Positions 9,535-17,563 of a stretch of 64,000 nt of DNA are shown here, one piece after another. A program made the translations under genes and the position numbers. How positions within the stretch are numbered: position 1 is the stretch's first letter; every line of letters begins with the position of its first letter. The stretch covers positions 4,417-68,416 of IMG/VR virus record IMGVR_UViG_2927124413_000004, one strand, 5' to 3'. The notes under the pieces are model-generated. The model made no database searches. It had not been told where the DNA came from and saw only the letters and a list, made by a program, of their open reading frames with translations. The DNA comes from a virus.

Positions 9535-10314
9535 TCATGGCTGAATGATCCCGTTCTTCATGGCGAGCACGACGGCATGGGTACGGGTCGCGGCACCGAG
9601 CTTGTGGCATGCATTCTTGATGTGCTCCGCCACCGTCCGCAGGCTGATGTGCAGCATTTCGCTGATCTCGCCGCCGGTTTTGCCTACCGCCGCCAGCGTC
9701 AGTACCTCGCGTTCGCGCGGCGTCAGCGCCGGCTGTGGCAGGTCGGTTCTGCCGCTCAGCTCAAGCACCCGCTCGAACGCATAGAGCGCCATGAAATGCA
9801 GCGCAGGAAATTCGTCCATCGGCAGGTCAATCTCGCTCTCGCGCCCGCCGAACCATACCTGTCCAATCCGACCGTTGCTAGAATGAGCCGGAATTACAAG
9901 ACCATCCTGCAAACCCCAGTCACGCGCCCGCTGCACCATCTCGACGAAATGCGGCTCGCGCCGCGGATCATAGGGCGCGTCCGCGACCCATCGATAGGGG
10001 CGGATCGTCCGCTTGGTGTGACGCACAGCCGGATCGGCGTGAACGAAGTCACGCTCGATATAGTGTTTCACCCAGCCGTCCGGGAATTTGTCGGCCAGGA
10101 TAAGGTCTTGCGTGCCCTCGCCTGGCGCCAAGGTGACGAAGCTGGCGCAGAAGTTATCGAACCCGTGTAAGCCGACCGCTTTGATCATGGCCTCCATGAC
10201 CTTTGCTGGATCAGAAATGCGCTGAACTTCATCAGCGAACCGGAACGCATTGCGTCGGACGCGGCTACGTCGATCCATGGTGATGGCCTCCGCTTCATTG
10301 CCGGCCATCGGCAA
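9535..10314 (-). CDS. luxR: LuxR-family quorum-sensing receptor (autoinducer-binding domain plus HTH), LuxR solo
   Basis: W-x3-Y-x8-DP-x13-W spacing matches TraR W57/Y61/D70/P71/W85; a downstream G equivalent to G113; LTPREREVL..G..I...L.IS..TV..H HTH. No luxI in the window. Confidence 0.93.
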   Translation of the reverse strand: MPMAGNEAEAITMDRRSRVRRNAFRFADEVQRISDPAKVMEAMIKAVGLHGFDNFCASFVTLAPGEGTQDLILADKFPDGWVKHYIERDFVHADPAVRHTKRTIRPYRWVADAPYDPRREPHFVEMVQRARDWGLQDGLVIPAHSSNGRIGQVWFGGRESEIDLPMDEFPALHFMALYAFERVLELSGRTDLPQPALTPREREVLTLAAVGKTGGEISEMLHISLRTVAEHIKNACHKLGAATRTHAVVLAMKNGIIQP

Positions 10315-10415
10315 AACAGCCTAACCGCGCGCGCCCCAGATCGAATAACACCGCCGCAGCGAAAATTCCGTCTGCTTGCGATGAACAGCTATGATCTTCT
10401 CCTTTCGAAAATTCA

Positions 10416-10434
10416 TTTGTCCGTTTTGGACAAA
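10416..10434. promoter_or_regulatory. Palindromic operator candidate upstream of luxR
   Basis: TTTGTCC-N5-GGACAAA in an AT-rich intergenic region. Confidence 0.45.
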
Positions 10435-10607
10435 ATCGGAAACGCCAGGGTCAGCTCGATATACATCTGAGCGAGCGCACGACGACCCTCCGCTATCGCG
10501 AGCGGAATAGGCAAGGCTGGCATTGGTTGCGTCCCTTAACTCGCGCGAATCGTCAATAATGATCTACTTACGTGAGCCTATCGTTAACGTTTCGATGTCA
10601 GATAGGA

Positions 10608-10871
10608 TCACGGTTCGATCTCCATCACTTCCGATCGCGTCGTGAACTTGATCAGCTTGATCTTCTTGCCGGTGATCCGCGCGACCTCGCGCGCCCACGG
10701 CTTCAGGGCTTCCACGCGTTTCTTGTCTGCGGCCATCAACGGCACGAGGCTGCCTTCGCCCATCAGCGGCGCCGCGCAGACGCCCTCGCCGGCCTCGTCG
10801 ACCGATACGAACAGATAGACCTCATCAATGCGCAGCTGCTCGTTGGCCGGACTGTGGACGACAGTGATCAT
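10608..10871 (-). CDS. Hypothetical protein
   Basis: Coupled to the XRE gene by an ATGA overlap. Confidence 0.6.
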   Translation of the reverse strand: MITVVHSPANEQLRIDEVYLFVSVDEAGEGVCAAPLMGEGSLVPLMAADKKRVEALKPWAREVARITGKKIKLIKFTTRSEVMEIEP

Positions 10872-11278
10872 GCCCCGGCCTCGCCATAGACGTTGCCGAG
10901 CTTGCGGACGAAGTCGATCACGCTGCGGCGCAGCTCCGGATTGTCCAGCTTGATCATTGCCTCGTTGATGTCGATGCCGTCTTTCGTCGCCAGGAAGGCA
11001 TGGATCGGTGACGTCTTCATCTTGCCATCCGTGTCGTCGAGGAAATAGGCGAAGTTGGTTTCGAGCGCATCCGCGATTTGCTTCAGCCGTGCCGATCCGA
11101 CTCGATTGACGCCCTTCTCATATTTCTGCACTTGCTGGAAGCTGACGCCGAGCTTGTCGCCCAGTTCGCCTTGGCTCATGTGCTGTTCCAGCCGGCGCGC
11201 CTTCAGCCGTTGGCCGATCAGGCGATCACCCGGCGTAACCGCCCGCGGGTGTGCTTTCTTCCCACTGGGTTTCTTCAT
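10868..11278 (-). CDS. XRE-family HTH transcriptional regulator
   Basis: IGQRLKARR...MSQGELGDKLGVSFQQVQKYEKGVNRV. Confidence 0.92.
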   Translation of the reverse strand: MKKPSGKKAHPRAVTPGDRLIGQRLKARRLEQHMSQGELGDKLGVSFQQVQKYEKGVNRVGSARLKQIADALETNFAYFLDDTDGKMKTSPIHAFLATKDGIDINEAMIKLDNPELRRSVIDFVRKLGNVYGEAGA

Positions 11279-11635
11279 CTATCTTCCCTTCCTGGCGTGA
11301 CCATTGCTGCGCTTCTTCTTGCTGTTCGCCGCCTCCTGCTTCGCCCACCAGTCCGCTGCGGCCTTGCGCTCCTTTTCGACGTCGATCTCCTTGACCTTCT
11401 GGAACGTCTCCTCGTAGCCGAGCGACGTCATGATCCCGGCGACCGTGCGGTGTTGTGGATTCCGGGTGCCACCGTGGAAAAGACCGTGCAAACAGCTGGT
11501 CGAGATTCCGGACAGCTCGTGGACGATCGTCAGCTTTTTGAACAGGCCCTCGTCCTGCAGGACCGTTCGCATTTTGTCGATGACCGGATTTTTATCGACG
11601 TACCGGTACGTCCTTAGCACACGTAGCTCAGCCAT
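11279..11635 (-). CDS. Probable XRE-like HTH protein
   Basis: LSGISTSCLHGLFHGGTRNPQHRTVAGIMTSLGY resembles an HTH recognition segment. Confidence 0.55.
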   Translation of the reverse strand: MAELRVLRTYRYVDKNPVIDKMRTVLQDEGLFKKLTIVHELSGISTSCLHGLFHGGTRNPQHRTVAGIMTSLGYEETFQKVKEIDVEKERKAAADWWAKQEAANSKKKRSNGHARKGR

Positions 11636-12281
11636 GGGCAGCCTCCATCGCCGGCTGCTCGATCTTCTGACCCTTCGCCGTCAACGCGTAGCCCGAGCCG
11701 TTCTTCTTGACCAGACCGTCGCGCTTCGCGCGCTCGAGCACGCCGGAGATCGACTTCGGCGACATGCCTTTGCTCGCCATCCGCGCCCGCAGATCGGAAG
11801 GCCGCACCGGTCCAGCCTCCAGCGCGGCACGCAGCACGATATTGCCGCTGCCAGGTGCGGCGCGACCGGCCGGCCCTCTCTTGACGACGGCAGGCGCCGG
11901 CAGCGCCGGCACGTGCGGCTGCTGCGGATTGACTTCAGCCATCGCCTTGTCGGTGACCTGCCAGACGCCCTTGCCGGCGGATTTGGCCAGCTTCTTTTTC
12001 AGCAGATAGTTCACCGTGCCATAGACGCGGGATTTAGCACCACCGATCGCCGCACCCAATTCGCCGATTGTCTTCGGCCCGGTCATCAGCATCGCCACGA
12101 CCTGCGCCCGCGCGGTCTCGCCGTTGCTATAGCTGCGCCCGTTGGCGGGTTGTAACGCCGGCTTAGGACCGCCGAGCATCAGGTCAATCTTCGCGACCCC
12201 CGGCATTTCATCGAGCCGCCGCAACACTGTGCCAAGCGCAATCTCTTCTACTTCCAACCTGATTGGAAATGTCTTTGGCAT
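11628..12281 (-). CDS. Probable DNA-binding protein with two winged-helix-like segments
   Basis: GPKTIGELGAAIGGAKSRVYGTVNYLLKKKL and ISGVLERAKRDGLVKKNGSGYALT; GAGGGA RBS before 12281. Confidence 0.55.
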   Translation of the reverse strand: MPKTFPIRLEVEEIALGTVLRRLDEMPGVAKIDLMLGGPKPALQPANGRSYSNGETARAQVVAMLMTGPKTIGELGAAIGGAKSRVYGTVNYLLKKKLAKSAGKGVWQVTDKAMAEVNPQQPHVPALPAPAVVKRGPAGRAAPGSGNIVLRAALEAGPVRPSDLRARMASKGMSPKSISGVLERAKRDGLVKKNGSGYALTAKGQKIEQPAMEAAHG

Positions 12282-12409
12282 CGCGTCCCTCTGTTTTGTT
12301 TTTTCCAAGATGTGTGCACGTCGGCAACACACACTTTTGCCGGATTTTCCCGGAGTAGTACCGTCTTACGCCTAGCCGCGGCAGTTGTGTAGAAGGAACT
12401 GCTCGCGCG

Positions 12410-12484
12410 TAGTAAAATTATATTTGAAGCAGCACACACTGCTTCATTAGCGTTCCAACTTCGGACCTGTACAAATGCACAGTG
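12410..12484 (-). promoter_or_regulatory. Moron promoter: perfect -10 TATAAT (12417-12422), no clear -35, upstream lux-box-like site (12465-12484)
   Basis: ACCTGTACAAATGCACAGTG fits CTG-N10-CAG and matches 13 of 20 positions of the V. fischeri lux box. Confidence 0.5.
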
Positions 12485-12516
12485 TCTTTTTGGACAGGTC
12501 CGGCCTTTTTGCGGAC

Positions 12517-12542
12517 AAAAAAATTCCCCGCCGAAGCGGGGA
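12517..12542 (-). terminator. Rho-independent terminator ending the late (tail) operon
   Basis: Minus strand TCCCCGC-TTCG-GCGGGGA followed by ATTTTTTT. Confidence 0.85.
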
Positions 12543-12571
12543 CACGAGCGCTTTGTTTTCTAACTCGTCGA

Positions 12572-12901
12572 TCAGGCGGCAGCAAACGCCAGCGCCCGCG
12601 CCGTCCAGATCGAGGACAACGCGAACTCGATATCGGCGTCGGGCACGTTCGCGCCCTTCTGCTCGGGCGCACTCTCAATGGTTGCACCAATCGTCGGGTT
12701 GGAAGAGATGACGTGCGCCGCGACATTCTGCGGCTGTTCCTGACCGCGAAAGATGCGCTGCGAATATGACACCCGCGCATCGTGATTGGGCTCAGTCGTA
12801 GCCTCGCTGGCGACCGCCTGCGCCACCTTGAACATCAGCATCATGACGCGACCGGCGAACGTCGGATCTGAAGCGGTCGAGATCAGATCGAGTGCGGACA
12901 T
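12572..12901 (-). CDS. Phage hypothetical protein (last late gene)
   Basis: Co-oriented with and coupled to the fibre module. Confidence 0.65.
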   Translation of the reverse strand: MSALDLISTASDPTFAGRVMMLMFKVAQAVASEATTEPNHDARVSYSQRIFRGQEQPQNVAAHVISSNPTIGATIESAPEQKGANVPDADIEFALSSIWTARALAFAAA

Positions 12902-12903
12902 GG

Positions 12904-13188
12904 TTAAAAACCTCCAAGAATTTGCGACATGTTTTTCAAGTTCATGCTGTTCAGTGTCGGGTTGATGGCCCGTTCTGGCGGCACGAGCGGCCCGGCGTTG
13001 TCGACATAGATTTGAAATGGCGCGAAGTCGTCGATCGTTTCGTTATGATCGCCATACTCGACTTCGCCATGATCGTCGAACCACTGCACGGCGTGAATGT
13101 CCTGCACGCCGAGTTCGGCGCAATCGCTTTTCATCGGCGTGCCGTCCACCACCAAAATATTGTCAGGGACGACTATTGAGACGCGCAT
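12904..13188 (-). CDS. Putative tail-fibre assembly/accessory protein
   Basis: Small acidic protein directly after the fibre genes. Confidence 0.5.
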   Translation of the reverse strand: MRVSIVVPDNILVVDGTPMKSDCAELGVQDIHAVQWFDDHGEVEYGDHNETIDDFAPFQIYVDNAGPLVPPERAINPTLNSMNLKNMSQILGGF

Positions 13189-13489
13189 CGGTCAGTCTCC
13201 TGTTTGCAACCCCATTGGCAGCGGCGTCGACCGCTTCGATCACACCGCTGATCATGCCGTTGCGAAAGGTTTCCACGGCAGCGGCGGTACCGCGCGACAC
13301 CTGTGCATTCTCGATCAACAGCATCGGCAACAGAGTGATGGCGCATTGCCAGTTGTCGATCATCTCTTCGCTTTGTGGGTTCTTGCCGATCACGCGACAC
13401 CACCACGGGCATTTGTGGCAGACTTTGGAGACGTCCACTTTGTGCAGCGGACAGATCGTGCCTTGCTCGGCGTGCGGAATTTGCGCCAT
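13163..13489 (-). CDS. Cys-rich phage protein adjacent to the tail fibre
   Basis: CPL..VCHKCPWW..W.CAITLLPMLLIEN, a motif I recognise from fibre-adjacent phage genes. Confidence 0.6.
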   Translation of the reverse strand: MAQIPHAEQGTICPLHKVDVSKVCHKCPWWCRVIGKNPQSEEMIDNWQCAITLLPMLLIENAQVSRGTAAAVETFRNGMISGVIEAVDAAANGVANRRLTDARLNSRP

Positions 13490-14586
13490 CAGGTTTTACT
13501 CGCGATGATGATGTCGATGTACTGCATCGCCATGGTGATCGGATGATTGTGGCCAGCGCCGCTGACGTTGTTGACGGCGGTGTTGATGTTCTGGACGCCC
13601 TGATGATAGCCAATGTCCCCCAGATTGGCGTACGGGCAACCCATCATGTAAAGATTAGTCGCACCGGTCTGGAATTGCTGAGCAGCGTACCCCCCGGACA
13701 CACCAGTGAGATGATAGCCGGAATTGTTGTGCGGATAGACCGTAATAGTGTTGCTGCCACTGCAGGTTTGCCCGGCGGGAATCTCAGCGAGCGATAGCGT
13801 GTGATAGCCGACGTTGGTCTGCGCCATCACCGTCGAGAAGGTATTGGTGCCGCCTGCACCGCCGCCGGCACCAGAGACCACCCGCAGCACCTTGTCGTTA
13901 TGCGTCGTGACTTGGGTCCAACCGACCGGCGCGGCGGCCTGATAGAACAACATCCGCGTGCCAGCCGGGAACGAAGTCGGTATAACAACTTCTGACCACG
14001 CCGCCGATTGCCGCGCGTACTGCTTTCCGTCAACAGGCGCTTCCGGCACAGGGCCGGGCGGACCCTGAATGCCTTGAATGCCTTGCGCACCTTGCGGACC
14101 GGTGTCGCCCTTGCTCGCGACGAGCGCCCATTTCCCAGCGGCAAGATCGGTAGCGAAGACGCCAGAGGTGTGACTGACTGCGCAGACGTAGGTCGAGCCA
14201 CCGGTCGTCACCACGCTCTTGGGGCTGACCGTTGTGTATGCCGTAGCTGTTGCCCATGCGACCGGCAGCAGCCATGCTTCAGGACCGACCGGACCAATCG
14301 GACCTTGAATACCTTGAATGCCTTGTGGGCCGGTGGCGCCGGTCTCGCCTTTCGGACCTTGCGGACCAGTGTCGCCTGTATCGCCCTTGTCGCCCTTGTA
14401 TCCGCGCGGACCTTGCGGGCCGACCGGTCCGGGCACGCCCTGCGGACCAATCGGACCTGGAATGCCCTGCGGGCCTTGTCCCGGCACCTCAATCAAGACG
14501 GTGTCATCGGGCTCAGCGGTGATGATTACTGGGGCGATCGGCTCCGCAAACACGTCGATGTTGGTGAGACCGGTGGTATCGGTCAT
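13489..14586 (-). CDS. Collagen-like tail fibre with carbohydrate-binding-like module
   Basis: About 20 GXY triplets; W...TAY...V...G.TY.C..SHTS.....W module; FPAGTRMLFYQAAAPVGWT collar-like motif. Confidence 0.8.
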   Translation of the reverse strand: MTDTTGLTNIDVFAEPIAPVIITAEPDDTVLIEVPGQGPQGIPGPIGPQGVPGPVGPQGPRGYKGDKGDTGDTGPQGPKGETGATGPQGIQGIQGPIGPVGPEAWLLPVAWATATAYTTVSPKSVVTTGGSTYVCAVSHTSGVFATDLAAGKWALVASKGDTGPQGAQGIQGIQGPPGPVPEAPVDGKQYARQSAAWSEVVIPTSFPAGTRMLFYQAAAPVGWTQVTTHNDKVLRVVSGAGGGAGGTNTFSTVMAQTNVGYHTLSLAEIPAGQTCSGSNTITVYPHNNSGYHLTGVSGGYAAQQFQTGATNLYMMGCPYANLGDIGYHQGVQNINTAVNNVSGAGHNHPITMAMQYIDIIIASKT

Positions 14587-14930
14587 CGCGTCGGACCCAT
14601 CGAGTGAGCCAGCGTGCCGTGCCAGATCTCTTCATGCATCTTGTCCGGCCGCGTCCTGATCAGCGAGTGGACGTATTCGCCGGGATAGAGCTTCTGCTCA
14701 AAATCCTCGATCAGGATCGTTAGCTTGAACTCTCCGGTCGTGCCGGGCTTCAGCTCGATCCTGCCGTTGTCTGTATTCAGGTCGAGGAAGACGGTAGGCG
14801 ATTCCGGATGCTGGCGCAGCATCATCGCCAGCTTCGACCCGGTCAGGTCGATCGCCACGCCAGCGATCGTCTTGTAAAGAAACGACCTAACGAAGTCGCT
14901 GTCACTTCGCGTGGTGATATTGCAGATCAT
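14583..14930 (-). CDS. Phage baseplate/fibre-associated hypothetical protein
   Basis: Position and coupling within the tail operon. Confidence 0.6.
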   Translation of the reverse strand: MICNITTRSDSDFVRSFLYKTIAGVAIDLTGSKLAMMLRQHPESPTVFLDLNTDNGRIELKPGTTGEFKLTILIEDFEQKLYPGEYVHSLIRTRPDKMHEEIWHGTLAHSMGPTR

Positions 14931-15526
14931 TCGCGACCCTCACCGCCGAGGTCGTCCTGATAGCCGGCCACTTTGCCCATGATGACGGCGTCGACTTGCT
15001 TTCTGGTGGTCATGGCGCCCGTGGCGATCGAGCCGGCAGCCTTGGCCTCTGCGGCGTAGCTGTCGGTGACGTGCTTGCCCACGGCCGTCGCGATCTTGAT
15101 GATGGCTGGCGCATCGAGCGGGACAAAGTGACCAGGCCCGACCTTGTAGAAGGTCTTAAACGACTTGTCGTTGATCGCTAGATTGAACAGGAAGTTGATC
15201 CTGGCAACACTGTCCCTGTCGGTTGCGATCTGGACCCCGTTGACGGTGACCCCGGCGACTTCCCTATCGAAGCGAGCGCCGGCCGCCATCGTCATCAGCT
15301 CATCCTTCGATGGTTTGAGACCAGCGTCGAAAACCTCCTGGGCCAGCTTTGCGGATTCCTTGGGGATGATAACTTTGGCGCCGTCATACAGCGGTGTGCA
15401 CTTCGGATCTCGCGCAAGCAGGCGAGCAGAGAAGATCCCGGCCTGCTCGACGTCGACCTTCAGGTCGAGCGTATCCGACTTTGATTTGGGCGGCGGCTCG
15501 GGTTTTAGTTCGGGAAATTCGGGCAT
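14927..15526 (-). CDS. DUF4376-like tail-fibre chaperone
   Basis: RFDREVAGVTVNGVQIATDRDS motif; start at MPEFPE overlaps the fibre stop. Confidence 0.7.
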   Translation of the reverse strand: MPEFPELKPEPPPKSKSDTLDLKVDVEQAGIFSARLLARDPKCTPLYDGAKVIIPKESAKLAQEVFDAGLKPSKDELMTMAAGARFDREVAGVTVNGVQIATDRDSVARINFLFNLAINDKSFKTFYKVGPGHFVPLDAPAIIKIATAVGKHVTDSYAAEAKAAGSIATGAMTTRKQVDAVIMGKVAGYQDDLGGEGRE

Positions 15527-16773
15527 TATCTGACCCTCGAAATAGAGAGACCGACACTGTTGTCTAAGTAGTAGGCGGCCATCGCGCCGTTGACTTGCTG
15601 GGAGGCGAGCTGAAGGTAGTCGCCGGCAACCAGCTCCAGCACCGCGCCACCGCCGCCATAGTCTTCCTTGATGTAGGTCGTGCCGCCAGTCGATTGCCAA
15701 CCAGCCGCACCCAATAGCCAACCGCCATTCTTGAACAACATGGCGCAAGTCAGACCCGTGAAGGGCTCGTTGCCATTGGCGCCGGAGGCGATGTGATTCC
15801 AGGTCAGGACGTATCGACCCGTCTGTAAGATGTAGCAGGCTCCACTTGAGATCGTGACGTTGTTCTGCGTGTTGCCGGACCACGCGCTAAATGGCACCGA
15901 CATCTTGGTATAGTACGGACTATAGATTCGAGAGCTTCCGCTGAATCCCACTGTTTCCAAGAACGGAACGACCACGCCTGCTGCTGGCGTCGGATAATTC
16001 ACAGCGACCAATTGCCATTTGGTGCCGTCGTACACCATCAAGGCGACTCCGCCGGCCGGGATATCTCCGGCTTTCAATGCAGAGCCGTCCGGCCTGCTGA
16101 CCGTTTTCCAAACGTTATCTGGCGTGCATCTGAATTGCGTGGCGCCGGTTGTGGTGTAGGCGACCTTGACCAGCACCACCAGCCCGGCACTGAGCGCGAC
16201 AATGCCCGGCGTGAACGAGCCGATGATCTGGTTCACGGAGCCGATGTCTGTCGTGTACGGAATGTTGGTGGTGTAGGTGATGTTCGTCTCTGCGACGCCA
16301 GTGCCCTGGAAGTTAGCCATTTGCCAGTGAGAGCCGTCCCAGATCAGCTCGGTGACGATGCCCGCCGGAAGATCGTTGTCCGCGAGATCTGCGCCGGAGG
16401 CCCGCTTGATCAGGTTGACGCCAGTGCCGACGTCGATCGTCGCCGGTCCGGTGTTCTTCGCCCCGCTCTTCTTGATGCGAAGCGTGAGACCGGGGATCAG
16501 CGCCGTGATCGGCGGCGCGATGACGGCGATCATCGCGTTGGCGGTGCCGGTGTCTATTCCGTAGATGACCTGGCCATTCTGCACCGCTTTGCTGAGCTGG
16601 CGAAGATCATCGTTGGTTGGCACCAGACCACTGTCTGTAAAGAACTGGACCAGCTCCCTCTGCGGAAACTCGATCGCCGCCGCCGGCGGGATCGATCCGC
16701 GCCGGCCAATGCTGGGATCGCCGTTGATGTATGGAGAGTCCGGCAAATCGCCGTAAGGTTCATTGTATTTCAT
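15526..16773 (-). CDS. Tail fibre / receptor-binding protein, C1q/TNF-like C-terminus suspected
   Basis: Mu-like fibre N-terminus after gp48-like gene; two internal repeats (NTGPATIDVG...W; TTGATQF...YDGTKWQL); C-terminal GRYVL...LFKNG...LELVAGDYLQL. Confidence 0.8.
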   Translation of the reverse strand: MKYNEPYGDLPDSPYINGDPSIGRRGSIPPAAAIEFPQRELVQFFTDSGLVPTNDDLRQLSKAVQNGQVIYGIDTGTANAMIAVIAPPITALIPGLTLRIKKSGAKNTGPATIDVGTGVNLIKRASGADLADNDLPAGIVTELIWDGSHWQMANFQGTGVAETNITYTTNIPYTTDIGSVNQIIGSFTPGIVALSAGLVVLVKVAYTTTGATQFRCTPDNVWKTVSRPDGSALKAGDIPAGGVALMVYDGTKWQLVAVNYPTPAAGVVVPFLETVGFSGSSRIYSPYYTKMSVPFSAWSGNTQNNVTISSGACYILQTGRYVLTWNHIASGANGNEPFTGLTCAMLFKNGGWLLGAAGWQSTGGTTYIKEDYGGGGAVLELVAGDYLQLASQQVNGAMAAYYLDNSVGLSISRVR

Positions 16774-16783
16774 AGCGTAAACC

Positions 16784-17560
16784 TCATGGTGTTCCGGCCA
16801 TGGAGCTGGCTTCCATCAGATTGGAGTAATCGAAGATGATCTCGGTGTGCGCCGGCTTCCACCTGCGCAGCAGGCACTCAAGGTCGTCGGCCAGGCCGAT
16901 TTCGAGATGATGATGAACCCCAACCTCTCCGCCACTGGGACCGACCCTGAACCACTCCAGGCGCGCGATGTGAACGTGGACGGTCCAAAAGAAGCGGTTC
17001 TCCGGCGGGCCGAGCATGTAGGGATATTCGGAATACTCGCCCAGCTGAACCGGCCGACCGTCCGGATTGAGGATCGGCATCGGAACGACAGGGTTATCCT
17101 CATTCCGCATGAATGAGCCGCTGCCGATCGTTCGGTTATCGCCGCAGCGATCCATCCCAACGATGAAGGGACGATATTCCGTGATGCTGATGTCGTAGCC
17201 AATATAGGCCGCAGCATCGATGTAGAATTGCCGCGACTGTCCGCCGAGCAGCGTCATCCGCATCACCAGCTCGCGCTGGCGTTCAGCGATGGTCAGCGGA
17301 TGGGCGTAGCACGGGTCCGGCAAGCCCCAATTGCGTTCCCAGTCGGGAAGCAGCTCGAGCGTCTTGCGCGGGTCGCTCTCTATCTCCAGCAGATCTGCGG
17401 CGCGGCTGTCGACATAGCCCCAGTATTTGCACAGCCCGTCGACGGCCTGCCATAGCACGCTGTCGATCGAATGTTTCGGCCAGGCCTGACCTTGCGGCAA
17501 CAGCTCCAGGAAGGCATCGCGGTATTCATCACCGGCCCTGCGAATGTGCCGGTCGCTCAT
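16784..17560 (-). CDS. Mu gp48-like (YmfQ/DUF2313) baseplate wedge protein
   Basis: LLPQGQAWP, LLPDWERNWGLPD, LECLLRRWKPAHT. Confidence 0.88.
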   Translation of the reverse strand: MSDRHIRRAGDEYRDAFLELLPQGQAWPKHSIDSVLWQAVDGLCKYWGYVDSRAADLLEIESDPRKTLELLPDWERNWGLPDPCYAHPLTIAERQRELVMRMTLLGGQSRQFYIDAAAYIGYDISITEYRPFIVGMDRCGDNRTIGSGSFMRNEDNPVVPMPILNPDGRPVQLGEYSEYPYMLGPPENRFFWTVHVHIARLEWFRVGPSGGEVGVHHHLEIGLADDLECLLRRWKPAHTEIIFDYSNLMEASSMAGTP

Positions 17561-17563
17561 CGC

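Noticed and set aside
14927-15883. 318-aa version of the DUF4376-like ORF
   Set aside because: The first 119 codons overlap the fibre gene in another frame; the start at 15526 is coupled to the fibre stop.
13489-16773. Diversity-generating retroelement or invertible fibre cassette
   Set aside because: No reverse transcriptase, no template/variable repeat pair, and no invertase or flanking inverted repeats seen.
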